Shown: piece by piece, positions 16,529-26,219 of the stretch
How the letters are laid out: the number at the start of each line of letters is the position of its first letter
How positions within the stretch are numbered: the stretch's first letter is position 1
IMG/VR virus record: IMGVR_UViG_3300010430_000020
Span: 1 to 64,000 of that record
Origin: a virus
DNA length: 64,000 bases
Reading direction: 5' to 3' (one strand)
Notes under the pieces: model-generated
Databases searched by the model: none
What the model was told of the DNA's origin: nothing
The model's input: only the letters and a program-made list of their open reading frames with translations
Made by a program: the position numbers and the translations under genes

Positions 16529-17525
16529 CATTATAGACAAATTCACCAACCTCGAATTCTTCAGTTTCTATGATGGGACGGACATCCAGGCTCTTCAGGG
16601 ATTCGAGCACCTGTGCCCAGTGGACCTTGCGCAGCTCCCAGTTATAGAATAGGTCAGCATAGCTCTTCTGGGACAGCAGGCGGCTCTCAATAGACTGTGA
16701 GCCCTTTGTCAACTCAACTATACCCTGGTGCAAACATGATGCAAACACCTCCACATGAGCGCGCTTATCCTCATTGAAAGGATACATATAGGTCCAATTT
16801 GCAGAGGTCTCAGGCAGCGCAGCCAAATCGCTATGGACACACAGGCATTTACCCGACATGGCCTCCATGAGGCTTATACAGGACGTTTCAGGCCATGTAG
16901 AAGGGTAGGCAAAGATATGGGCCTGTTCGACCGCCTTACGCACATCCTTGTTACTAACCGTACCGTGATAATTCATATTCGGATGATCAGCAATCGCCTT
17001 GTACAGATCGGAAAACTCGTTGTCTCTCTGATCCCACCCATAAATCTTAAAGGATGAGTACACATTAAACTCGATGTCGGGGTGATCTTTGGTGAGGCGG
17101 TCGATGGCATAGTAGGCTACATCCAGACCCCGGTGGGGTGTGGTGTGATAAATCAGTCGTATCTTCTGAAAGTTTTTTTCGATCTTGTCTGGGAGAGGAT
17201 CGATTGCATTCTGCAGGACCATGCATTTTTCATAGGGTATATTGTAGGCAGTTATGTACTGATCTTTCTGCCAGTGAGACACAAAGATGATCTTCTCGAA
17301 GCGGCTCCAACCATTGTTTTCAAATGCGGTCTTGGATTCTGGGTCTTGGGGAAGGTCATGGCACCAGAATATTCTGTGTCGATCTGGGTCTAACTCGCGA
17401 GGGCGCGAGGGAATAATCTGTACGTGCTCTAATTCCTCGGTGGTAAACTCTTTATCCAGGCGGCGGGCCATGTTCTCAGTACCGCCATTGGCATTTTCAT
17501 TCACTTCATTCCATGAGATAGGCAT
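16524..17525 (-). CDS. GT4 (GT-B) glycosyltransferase
   Basis: GGTE, FVSHWQ, TPHRGL, YPSTWPETSCISLMEAM. Confidence 0.9.
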   Translation of the reverse strand: MPISWNEVNENANGGTENMARRLDKEFTTEELEHVQIIPSRPRELDPDRHRIFWCHDLPQDPESKTAFENNGWSRFEKIIFVSHWQKDQYITAYNIPYEKCMVLQNAIDPLPDKIEKNFQKIRLIYHTTPHRGLDVAYYAIDRLTKDHPDIEFNVYSSFKIYGWDQRDNEFSDLYKAIADHPNMNYHGTVSNKDVRKAVEQAHIFAYPSTWPETSCISLMEAMSGKCLCVHSDLAALPETSANWTYMYPFNEDKRAHVEVFASCLHQGIVELTKGSQSIESRLLSQKSYADLFYNWELRKVHWAQVLESLKSLDVRPIIETEEFEVGEFVYNV

Positions 17526-17543
17526 AGTGTATCATCCTCTACT

Positions 17544-18047
17544 TTATTCTCCAGTAACAGTAATGGATTTAATGGATGTCACACTAAACCCCCGCCACGA
17601 ATCTGTATCCAAATTATAGACTGTGAAAAACGATGTATTAGTGAAGGAGGTGCCTTCACCATACTCCTCTGGTAACCTATCTTCTCTTAAAGTGCAACGC
17701 CTTAGCTGAACAGTCTCCCCATTGAGCCGCTGGAAGACGACACTGCAAACATTGTTTTTGAGGAGAGAAAATATTTGATCGGGGTTCCAGGAATCAGAGA
17801 CCAGTGCTTGATGGTCTCTAATCAAATTCTCATGGTCTCCCAAGTACTCACGATCCTTGAATACTATGGGCAACCTTACTTTTCCGTCGCGAATTTCTTC
17901 GGGAAGAAAACTCTTTAGGTGGGTAATATCTTCAGCCGTGTGGAGTACTACTTCTTTATATTCCACACTATGTTCTTTCATATACCGCTTGGCGGTTGTG
18001 CAGAAGGGGCAATTGTTGTTGCGCGTATAGATCGTATAGGTCATCAT
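17544..18047 (-). CDS. Glutaredoxin fused to a WYL_2/Sm-like domain
   Basis: CPFC..AK...LPIVF...GD; C-terminal V.F.RLNGE...CTL...VY.LD...WRGF. Confidence 0.75.
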   Translation of the reverse strand: MMTYTIYTRNNNCPFCTTAKRYMKEHSVEYKEVVLHTAEDITHLKSFLPEEIRDGKVRLPIVFKDREYLGDHENLIRDHQALVSDSWNPDQIFSLLKNNVCSVVFQRLNGETVQLRRCTLREDRLPEEYGEGTSFTNTSFFTVYNLDTDSWRGFSVTSIKSITVTGE

Positions 18048-18205
18048 AGGTACTTCCTCAAGAAATATGGTAAGTCCTTGCGCAGTTCCCTTCGGTTGAC
18101 TGTGTATTCATATAGATTGTAGAGAATTAAGACAGCGATTCCTAACCACACAATGCTGCTTATAAACATTATGATGGTCCACATAAATGTGAGATAGACC
18201 ATAGA

Positions 18206-18400
18206 TCATCCTAATAGGAGATTTCTCTTAGATTCAATCTCTTCCTTGATATACAGGTCAACTAGCCGGTTTGTGCGTGTTTCATCCAAATTAGGGAATC
18301 GCTTCTGCAATTCCTCATGGCAATTAGAGGGGTAGGCAATGCCTGCTCGCTCCAATTCTTTGATGTACATAAAATAATCAGCTTTAGTTTCTATTTCCAT
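18206..18400 (-). CDS. hypothetical protein
   Basis: ORF track; start placed at MEIET. Confidence 0.55.
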   Translation of the reverse strand: MEIETKADYFMYIKELERAGIAYPSNCHEELQKRFPNLDETRTNRLVDLYIKEEIESKRNLLLG

Positions 18401-18428
18401 TATAGCACCCCGCAAAGTGATCCTAGTT

Positions 18429-18465
18429 AAAAAGAGAAGCGCGACTGGTGCCGTGCTCCTCTTAC
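18429..18465 (-). terminator. Intrinsic terminator
   Basis: AGAGGAGCACGGC-ACCA-GTCGCGCTTCTCT followed by a T-run. Confidence 0.6.
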
Positions 18466-18480
18466 TTATTGTACTCTATT

Positions 18481-18702
18481 TTAGACCTTTGGTTTGGAAC
18501 CAGTGTCCTTCCAGCTCTCAAACTCTTCATCATCATGTGTCTCTTCATATTTCGATAGTTTCACCCGTGAGTCGAATCCGTTTGCGTGCAGTACATCAAG
18601 GATAAAATTCTTCAAAACGGCGTGCTGATTAGCATAGTCTAGTGTTTGGAAGAATTCATCTTCATTCTCGACGACTTCTAAATGTAGTAGCCATTTTTTC
18701 AT
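18481..18702 (-). CDS. hypothetical protein
   Basis: ORF with AGGAG SD. Confidence 0.65.
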   Translation of the reverse strand: MKKWLLHLEVVENEDEFFQTLDYANQHAVLKNFILDVLHANGFDSRVKLSKYEETHDDEEFESWKDTGSKPKV

Positions 18703-18725
18703 CTCTGAAGCTCCTGTTTAATATC

Positions 18726-19208
18726 TTACCACCACAGCGATCTGTAGTAACGTGCAAATAGTTTTAGTCCCTCATCAATTTTTTCATAGTAATCATTCAA
18801 CCCATTATTATCAATATCATACCGACTTTCCAAATCCATCACATCAGCATCAGTATCTTTGATCTTGAAGAAAGATTCCTCGCCAGCATAATCACCTTTG
18901 ACCTCGCCAAAGGACCAAATCATTTGATCTATGATTCCTTCCCATTTCAGGAGGGCTTCATTGTACATTTTCTCGTGTAGTGCCTGTGCCTCTTCTTCTG
19001 TCATAGCCGATACATCCACAGGATCAAGAAAATCAGAAGGCACTGCTCCCTTCTCTTTTACGTCTTCTTTAAATGCTACCAACACTGGATGAATAACCAG
19101 AGCTAGCGTATTATCGGCACTGTATGTATCCCAAGGATGCACAGCAACCTTTTCTATCCTGGGCTTCTTGGCCCGCTCTGATTTATAATTTCCGATGCGT
19201 ACTTTCAT
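18726..19208 (-). CDS. conserved T4-like hypothetical protein
   Basis: WDTYSAD.TLA..I.P.L...W..I.D.MIWSF...G..LF..YY..LW. Confidence 0.8.
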   Translation of the reverse strand: MKVRIGNYKSERAKKPRIEKVAVHPWDTYSADNTLALVIHPVLVAFKEDVKEKGAVPSDFLDPVDVSAMTEEEAQALHEKMYNEALLKWEGIIDQMIWSFGEVKGDYAGEESFFKIKDTDADVMDLESRYDIDNNGLNDYYEKIDEGLKLFARYYRSLWW

Positions 19209-19220
19209 TCGGTTTTCTCC

Positions 19221-19484
19221 TTAGTCGCCGCTGCGTTTGAAAAGATCGTCTGCCCAGTTGCTATAGATCATCGTTTTACCTTCTTTGGTACGACAAGCCC
19301 AGCGCCCATCATGGGTCTTATAAACACGCATGGCACCTTTGGCAGTGCATCCATAATAAAAGTTCCAGGGAGGCGTATCGCCATTTCCGACAATGTAGGG
19401 ATAATCAGGTTTGAAGAATGCGGCCAGGAAAAATAGAAAGGCCGCAATTCCAAATCCCCATAAGAATATCTTTTTGTTAGTCAT
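19221..19484 (-). CDS. membrane protein, paralogue of 19477-19728
   Basis: TM plus PW...C...R.Y..H..RWAC; start at MTNKK. Confidence 0.7.
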   Translation of the reverse strand: MTNKKIFLWGFGIAAFLFFLAAFFKPDYPYIVGNGDTPPWNFYYGCTAKGAMRVYKTHDGRWACRTKEGKTMIYSNWADDLFKRSGD

Positions 19485-19728
19485 CTTGTGTCCAGACTCT
19501 GCCATCTTCGAGCTTGCAGGCCCAGCGCCGATTGTGGTCGCGATAGATGCGGAATGCCTTGGCTAGCTCGCATTTTTCTTTGAAGTATTTGGTAGGGTAT
19601 TCGCTGCGTTGTTCCCAAGGCATTCTCCAGTCACGCTGCTCATTATCAAAACTTCTGAATGCCATTAACAACAAGAACAAACCAACAATCCCAACCAAGC
19701 CGTAGGTTAGTAATTTTTTATAGTCCAT
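19477..19728 (-). CDS. membrane protein
   Basis: TM plus PW...C...RIY..H..RWAC. Confidence 0.7.
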   Translation of the reverse strand: MDYKKLLTYGLVGIVGLFLLLMAFRSFDNEQRDWRMPWEQRSEYPTKYFKEKCELAKAFRIYRDHNRRWACKLEDGRVWTQDD

Positions 19729-19939
19729 CGGTATTGCTGCTTTCTGTGTTCGACTTAATCACTATGGTTGTGCCATCATCTGTTGTTCTGCGAAGTTCTC
19801 GGCGCTCATCGGTGGTCATACCAATGCCAGTCTTCTCAGCCAGCCAGTCATTGATCCATCGCAGGTTCTTGAACGCCCAGACACTTCCGAAAAAGAAAAC
19901 GGCCAGAGTAGATACGATTTTGAAAAAATCTGCTTCCAT
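19718..19939 (-). CDS. small membrane protein
   Basis: AGGAGG SD; TM segment. Confidence 0.65.
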   Translation of the reverse strand: MEADFFKIVSTLAVFFFGSVWAFKNLRWINDWLAEKTGIGMTTDERRELRRTTDDGTTIVIKSNTESSNTDGL

Positions 19940-20130
19940 GGGTCCCTCCTATAGGCCGATAAATTTGTCTAGGAGCACATCAGAATACTTCCACCAAACG
20001 GCGGCGAGTCCCAAACCAATACCGATTGCAGCCGCCAAGCGCATTGTAAGGCGCACGGGCTTAGGTTTTCTGGTAGATTCGGTCATGCTATTCTCCTCGA
20101 TAAAATATGGTTCACACCTATTTATGGAAA

Positions 20131-20346
20131 TCAGTGCTTTGTGAACTCATTATCGGGGATTACATAGTGTACACTATAGACGTATTTTCTATTATAGTCT
20201 GTTATTCGCCCTTTGAGTTCTTCCAGCCGATCATAAACATCATCATCGACCCCCGAACCCATCTCATATAACTCATTGACCTCATCTCTTAGGTCTAGGT
20301 ACTCCTCCAACAAGGCTTGGTATTCCAGAGCTTTTTGATTGCTCAT
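20131..20346 (-). CDS. hypothetical protein
   Basis: ORF with SD. Confidence 0.6.
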   Translation of the reverse strand: MSNQKALEYQALLEEYLDLRDEVNELYEMGSGVDDDVYDRLEELKGRITDYNRKYVYSVHYVIPDNEFTKH

Positions 20347-20643
20347 TTCTTATTTCTTTTTCTCCTCCATCGTGCCAACCGCTTTTTGCTTCCAACTTTC
20401 CTGCGCCCGGATCGGGGTCTATTTTTATGGGGGTGTGGCGATGTACTATCCTCCAATTACAAAGCTGCCATGCAACTTTTTTGCTTCACTCAAATATGCA
20501 GGGGCATTATTCAACATCACTCCCTTGCTCTAGATATACTTTATCCATTTTTTTCTCCAGGTCTTCGATGCGGTTCTCAAGCACGAAACCCAATACAAAT
20601 ATTACCAACAGCGTTCCGAAAAACGCTGCCCAACCTGTTCTAG

Positions 20644-21054
20644 TCATAGCATTTCATACCCTTCATTATCTAGCGTGTAGAACACATTCTCGATTCCGAA
20701 TGTGCAAATGGCCCGCTGACACCCCTCACAGGGCCGGGCTAGTCCTGATATCTTCCTGGCTCGTCCTCCATCCTCCCACTTCATCCTGGCGACATACAGC
20801 TCTGCCTTGCGCAGTAAAACTATGTCTGTGTATTTAAGGGCGTTTTTAATGGCATCGATCTCAGCATGAAGGTATATACAGTCTCTGTGTTTGCCGAATC
20901 GTGCCTGGAATGGGTGGGTTTTATAGCTATTGTGCCCGAGAGCTATCAGACTGTGACGTAGATATATCGCCGCCGCAATTTGCGTTCTGTATACCGGCGG
21001 TGAGTGACTTGCTACGTCACATAGGTCTGACAATCTCTGGTCTATCAAGTCCAT
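20644..21054 (-). CDS. Cytidine/deoxycytidylate deaminase-family protein
   Basis: LHAEIDAI and RPCEGC zinc motifs. Confidence 0.85.
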   Translation of the reverse strand: MDLIDQRLSDLCDVASHSPPVYRTQIAAAIYLRHSLIALGHNSYKTHPFQARFGKHRDCIYLHAEIDAIKNALKYTDIVLLRKAELYVARMKWEDGGRARKISGLARPCEGCQRAICTFGIENVFYTLDNEGYEML

Positions 21055-21159
21055 GAACTTTGTTTTTTGCCTCTGTGGCCCGCTCGATAATTGATGCCAT
21101 TAGCACCGCATATGCAAACAGACCAAAAACTAAGCCGATCATGAATATAGCTTCTTTCA

Positions 21160-21360
21160 TCACAAGGAAATCCCAAAATGCAGCATGGCTGCTAGCAGTC
21201 CACCTATAGCCAACAAGATAAAAGTGAGCGTTATCGTAACCCCGATATCTTCCTTATCTCGTATGTATCTATTATATTTCTTATAGGCTTCAAACTCCTT
21301 GTGGAGTTTTGATACTTGCTGTTCTAGCTCATGTTCCCGTTGTGTCTTCTTTGTGTCCAT
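21160..21360 (-). CDS. small membrane protein
   Basis: Coiled coil plus C-terminal TM. Confidence 0.6.
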   Translation of the reverse strand: MDTKKTQREHELEQQVSKLHKEFEAYKKYNRYIRDKEDIGVTITLTFILLAIGGLLAAMLHFGISL

Positions 21361-21748
21361 TTTTAAATAACTCCCCTAAATCTGGGGGCCGGTAATTGGC
21401 CGACTTTTGGACTTTACCATAACTATTGTAGATGGGTTTACCATCATCATCAAGTTTGCTCATATTACTCTCATGAATTAATTCAAATGCGCGATCTAAA
21501 TCGACGCCCATAGTAACCCCAGTGCCGTACACAACATACAGCAGATCAGTTAATTCTTTCGCGATCTGATCAGGATCGCCGCGTTCCATAGCTTCCATAA
21601 CTTCGTGATACTCTTCATGAATAAGCCGCAGACGAAGAGGAAAATCACCGCTATAAGGATTACTAGCATCAAAACTATCTCGATGGCTAAGTCCAAAAGC
21701 TTCATGAAACTCCCGTACCTTCTCGTAGTTACTTTTTCTTTTTTCCAT
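21329..21748 (-). CDS. MazG-like NTP pyrophosphohydrolase (PRA-PH family)
   Basis: VREFHEAF, LIHEEY.E, KELTDLLYVVYG, HESNMSK, GKVQK. Confidence 0.88.
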   Translation of the reverse strand: MEKRKSNYEKVREFHEAFGLSHRDSFDASNPYSGDFPLRLRLIHEEYHEVMEAMERGDPDQIAKELTDLLYVVYGTGVTMGVDLDRAFELIHESNMSKLDDDGKPIYNSYGKVQKSANYRPPDLGELFKNGHKEDTTGT

Positions 21749-21959
21749 TCTGTCGCGCTTCCCAATGTTCGCATCTGAAGAACTCATTTACTACTTTTGG
21801 ATACCAATGTCCCTTGACCTGTTCTTGATTATGGCACAGGCCAGTTTCTTGTAGTTCTGAGAAGAATGAGTATTTGCAATTTAAGCAATACTCTTCATCT
21901 TTTGCATCTGTTTTGGATGTCTCAATAAGATCATCCACAATGTCTTTTGTTGCCATCAA
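21729..21959 (-). CDS. small Cys-rich hypothetical protein
   Basis: CLNCKY...C...C..W. Confidence 0.6.
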   Translation of the reverse strand: MMATKDIVDDLIETSKTDAKDEEYCLNCKYSFFSELQETGLCHNQEQVKGHWYPKVVNEFFRCEHWEARQNGKKKK

Positions 21960-22389
21960 ACCTGATGTGTTACTTCGTGTCCATTATTTAGACACCGAAC
22001 GCTCTGAGTAACAGAAACAGGATTATCAAGCACACAAAAAGCAATACATGATTGTGGAAGTCTCGCGGGCCTTCTGGGCGTTTGAACTGATCCCAGAAGT
22101 TTTTCTGATTACGTAACATTCTTTACCCTCTTATATCAGGCGGGCCGCATATATACACATACCCCAGAATATCACTGCAAAGTACAATACCACCAGGGTT
22201 ATGCCTATTTTAGTCAGTAGCCATAGCAAATTGCCTAATTTTTGCCAGCCGGTCCAATCACTCGCCATCTCACTCCTCCATAATATACGGACCCATTTGT
22301 CTACCCTAAAATTTTGGCCTTGTCAATACCACTCACCGGCCTCCTAACACTAAATATAGTATATATTTCATATAGTTAGGAGAGAATTC

Positions 22390-23067
22390 ATGAAAAAACT
22401 TCTACTAGTTCTAGCTGCCACCGCTACACTAGTGGGTTGTAGTGATTGGACCGAACGCGGCTACTGGGACTGGAATCGAGAACGCGACAAAACACGCTGG
22501 GAACTCGAAAAAGATTCGTACCTACGCAACAAATCCGACAAACCCACTGTTGCGCTGCGGGATATTGCCAGTGTTTACGAGGACTTCAATCTCGTCATGC
22601 CAAATGGTAACCGTATTCGGGTGTGTTCTGCCTATGGGTGTACACACAAACAGGTATACAGAATATCCGCTGATACGCTCAGGAAGGCCAAAAGCTACTT
22701 CTCCGGTAGTTGGACAGCCAGCGGCGAGAGAAGCGGCCTGGAGAAGGCTCTACAGCACATTGAGACGGTCATGGGACCAGCTACTAACACTGCCGAAGAC
22801 GCTCAGGGCGGTCCTCTCTTTGGTAATGGGAATTCTGGTCAGATGAATCATAGAGATGAGGCACTGAACACCACATCCATCCTGATGGTTATGTTCCGGT
22901 ACGGACTAATCCGTTACCACGACCTCGAAGCTCCAATGTGGGTTGGCGGGACATTCTATCCGATCCTGCGTGATCGTAGCAATGGTAAGAGATATGGAAT
23001 TGATACTGGCTATCGCTCCAGCGGTGGCGAGGTCAAGATTTTTGCCGTGGAAGATGGCGCGCCGTAA
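22390..23067 (+). CDS. Lipoprotein, opposite orientation to its neighbours
   Basis: MKK-hydrophobic-LVGC lipobox; AGGAG SD; upstream CTAAATA late-type element. Confidence 0.85.
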   Translation: MKKLLLVLAATATLVGCSDWTERGYWDWNRERDKTRWELEKDSYLRNKSDKPTVALRDIASVYEDFNLVMPNGNRIRVCSAYGCTHKQVYRISADTLRKAKSYFSGSWTASGERSGLEKALQHIETVMGPATNTAEDAQGGPLFGNGNSGQMNHRDEALNTTSILMVMFRYGLIRYHDLEAPMWVGGTFYPILRDRSNGKRYGIDTGYRSSGGEVKIFAVEDGAP

Positions 23068-23446
23068 CTTTCACAGCAATCCAGGAATTATACCACTCTT
23101 CACTTAACAACACATCGTTTTCAAATTGGAACTTCGCCTCATAATAAGATGCCTCCCCAAGGGTCTTACAGAGGCGGAGTATTTCCCGTTTGAAATTACC
23201 TGCGCCTTGGCGCTCCACATCTTCACAAAGGAGGTTGTTTGAACCATAATAGGTTTCCCAGTCCGATGGACTTTGGACTTTTCTTTTTCGGGATTTACCT
23301 TTTAATGGTGGCTTGGTTCTTAATTTTGTAAAGCGTTTTTTACCAATATATTTGCGTCCATCATCTAGATTCGTGATCAGGTACACAAATGCCTTGTGGT
23401 CACCGATGTCGCTCGCCTGAAATTCCTTGCCTTGATATAGCCACAT
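23033..23446 (-). CDS. GIY-YIG endonuclease (endonuclease II/Seg-like)
   Basis: FVYLITN...KYIGKK, YYGS, F.REIL, E...QF, YN. Confidence 0.85.
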   Translation of the reverse strand: MWLYQGKEFQASDIGDHKAFVYLITNLDDGRKYIGKKRFTKLRTKPPLKGKSRKRKVQSPSDWETYYGSNNLLCEDVERQGAGNFKREILRLCKTLGEASYYEAKFQFENDVLLSEEWYNSWIAVKVTARHLPRQKS

Positions 23447-23478
23447 AGTAAAATACCCCTAGAATGAACGCCTAGAGG

Positions 23479-23486
23479 TATTTATA
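23479..23486 (-). promoter_or_regulatory. T4 late promoter TATAAATA
   Basis: Exact consensus 33 nt upstream of the GIY-YIG start; gp55 is encoded in the window. Confidence 0.75.
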
Positions 23487-24050
23487 CGTATTACTACTAT
23501 TTTGCTGACTTGGTTAAAAATAGTAGTAACGCGATTGGAGCGGGGTTTACTGTCAACAGGCTATCTCCATAGTTGTATGAACCATATTCACCGGATCATC
23601 CATCGGAAAATGGATATTGTGGGTCTCCTTATCCGTCCTGATATAAATCCTCACCATCCTATTCGTCATATCATAGTAGTGCAAGGTCTTGATCACCTCT
23701 GCATCATTATTACTCAGGTTCTTCAGATATCTCATTATGAAGGTTTCGAAGCGGCGGGCATCAAATCCACCATCAAGCTGCTTCTCGAAATCCTTCTTGA
23801 TCTTCTGGATATTCATTTTGGTGTGTCTCCATATATTCAAGTAGTTGTTTGCTAAACATCCAGTTTACGGTAATACCTAATGGCCACCCATAGGCCGCAA
23901 ACAATAGTAACATATATGCCAGCAGACGTGATGACATACTAAAGCTCATTAGGATGCGCAAAGTTTTGTTCTGTAGATGTTCAAATATATTGAGCAGTCT
24001 AATGAATATAACTGTAGAAACTATGATGTAAAGCGTCACTAAAACTGAGA

Positions 24051-24305
24051 TCATTCTTCCCCGAAATCTTCATCCTCAACAATGTCATCATAGAGTTCGT
24101 CGCTGTAGTAGCGCTTGTCTATGATGTTATCAAGCGCTTCGGATTCGCCATAGCAGTCATCAACATAGATATCGATATCGTAGTCCTCAAAGACATTCAG
24201 TAGATCATCATATAATAATTCTCGATTTTCAGCGGGCACATTCTTTTCCACGGCTTGAATAATTTCGTGGAATATGCCGCTCTCTCCAGTAGGTTCTTTC
24301 TCCAT
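24051..24305 (-). CDS. acidic hypothetical protein
   Basis: ORF with GGAG SD after nrdJ. Confidence 0.7.
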   Translation of the reverse strand: MEKEPTGESGIFHEIIQAVEKNVPAENRELLYDDLLNVFEDYDIDIYVDDCYGESEALDNIIDKRYYSDELYDDIVEDEDFGEE

Positions 24306-24315
24306 TGGTTACTCC

Positions 24316-26208
24316 TTATGCTTCGCATCCCGTTGCAGCTGTACATGCCAAAGTTTGAGCGCCCTCCACATTATCTTCGTTCTCGATCAGTGCTCCCCAA
24401 TCGACATCACTGGGCATATCTTTCATCATTGCATCATACTCTTTCTTATCAATCTCCTCGTATGGTGCCTGCCTATATGTCCCGCCATCATAGGGAAGGA
24501 ATGCGACACCAGATAGCTCATCAAAATGTTTCCAGACCCAGGCCCCAACCATTGGCCATTCGTGCTCATGTACGGAAACCGTAACACTTGGTTTGTGTTC
24601 ACACCAATTTCTTTGATATACAAGCCACAAATTCAGGTGATCGATAGCATCGATCTGTTTCCTGGTAGTTGCAACCTCCGGTGCCTTCTGAGGGAATGAA
24701 AAAACAACATTCTGTGGGTTCATCACATCAGGTTCAAATGGTACACCGGCATCAATCATGTGCTGTGTCAGCGGGTCTTTAATGTCATTGCGAACTCTAC
24801 GTATATAGTATTTGGCGTATCGTGGGTGGATGCCCGATGCAGCATTAACTAGCTGTGATACGGTCCCGGATGGCTTCACACAGGTAATTGCCGCCGATGC
24901 AGGAATATCTAATTCATCTGCCCATTTGATATTGGTCTTGATCGCAAAGTCGCGTAGATTACTAAGGTTCTCTGGTAGTTCTTTACTTCTGTGATTGTTC
25001 AGTTGTTTGTTGTCATAGATACCCGTCAGGGACACACCCAGCAGGCGTTCTTCCTCGGTGTTACGCTTCCAGATTTTCCGAAGATATGGGAAATTGGTTA
25101 ATGTGCTCTGGAATGTTCCAAGGATAGTTGCCAATTCGACCTTCTCCATCAGGTCTTTCCAGTCATCTTCGGCACGCACCACAACTTCCGTCAAATTACA
25201 GAATTGTTGTGGACGGAGTATTATTTCAGAGCATGGGTTGGTTCCGAATTCGTGGTTGGGATCGCGGCGGCCCAGCTTCTCGCAAATATTGATAGATGCT
25301 TCTCGATTGAATAGCCCGCGCTCGCCGCTCTTAGAATTATAGAGGGCTAGCCACTCCTCCATAAAAATACCAACATCAGGCTTTTCTGTATAACAGGCGC
25401 TGTTGTTGGATAGTGATCGCTGTGGATTTTGTTCCCACCATGCCCCGCTCTTGGCGTGCCTCATACGATCATCAGACAGATTGCTGAGGCTGATCATGGC
25501 CGATCTACGCACTCCCCCCACCACAATGGTCTCGCCCACCTTACACATCAAATCATGAGCTTCCAGAGAGGTTAGCTTACGCCCGGCGGCTTCTTTGAAG
25601 ATATGTACCGTGAACTTGAATAACTCATCCAGAGGACCAGGACCGGATGATCTACCACCAAATGTTTTGAGTCTGGCACCAGCAGGGCGCAACCGGCTCA
25701 AGTCCCACTGAGGTATCTCACCCGAGTAAAGGAGCGCAATTAACATCCGCAAAGATTTTGACCAACCTTCTTTCGAGTCCTTGACAACAATGGTTGTCTC
25801 GCACGGGAATAGCTGATCAGGAACTTCTGGCAATTTGTTGACATACGGACGCTCAACGGAAAAGCCGACACCGGAGCCATTCATCAGGATGTGCATGGCC
25901 TCATCAAAAGCCTTGACATCATCAACCGGAAGGTAAGAACAATTATAACCAGCTGTGTTATCGCGCGCCAGGGCCTTACCAGCAGTCATTAGAGACCGCA
26001 TCGAGGGCATCACATCAAAATTAGTAATGGCAGCATGGAGTTTGGTATAGAGATTATCGGGGAGTTTGTAGCCAAAATTCGCTTCGAGGTGCAACCGCAT
26101 AAACTGCATGTATCGCTCGGTAGTTTCATTCCAGTGTTCTCGTCGTTTCTCTTCATCCACAAATCGCGCATACCGAGATTTATGAATAAATTGGCTATAC
26201 AAATCCAT
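24316..26208 (-). CDS. nrdJ: Class II (adenosylcobalamin-dependent) ribonucleotide reductase
   Basis: MPSMR, YNCS, GGVRRSA, GTNPCSEI, TCVKPSGT, C-terminal C...C; no nrdB nearby. Confidence 0.92.
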   Translation of the reverse strand: MDLYSQFIHKSRYARFVDEEKRREHWNETTERYMQFMRLHLEANFGYKLPDNLYTKLHAAITNFDVMPSMRSLMTAGKALARDNTAGYNCSYLPVDDVKAFDEAMHILMNGSGVGFSVERPYVNKLPEVPDQLFPCETTIVVKDSKEGWSKSLRMLIALLYSGEIPQWDLSRLRPAGARLKTFGGRSSGPGPLDELFKFTVHIFKEAAGRKLTSLEAHDLMCKVGETIVVGGVRRSAMISLSNLSDDRMRHAKSGAWWEQNPQRSLSNNSACYTEKPDVGIFMEEWLALYNSKSGERGLFNREASINICEKLGRRDPNHEFGTNPCSEIILRPQQFCNLTEVVVRAEDDWKDLMEKVELATILGTFQSTLTNFPYLRKIWKRNTEEERLLGVSLTGIYDNKQLNNHRSKELPENLSNLRDFAIKTNIKWADELDIPASAAITCVKPSGTVSQLVNAASGIHPRYAKYYIRRVRNDIKDPLTQHMIDAGVPFEPDVMNPQNVVFSFPQKAPEVATTRKQIDAIDHLNLWLVYQRNWCEHKPSVTVSVHEHEWPMVGAWVWKHFDELSGVAFLPYDGGTYRQAPYEEIDKKEYDAMMKDMPSDVDWGALIENEDNVEGAQTLACTAATGCEA

Positions 26209-26219
26209 TGAGCTACCTC

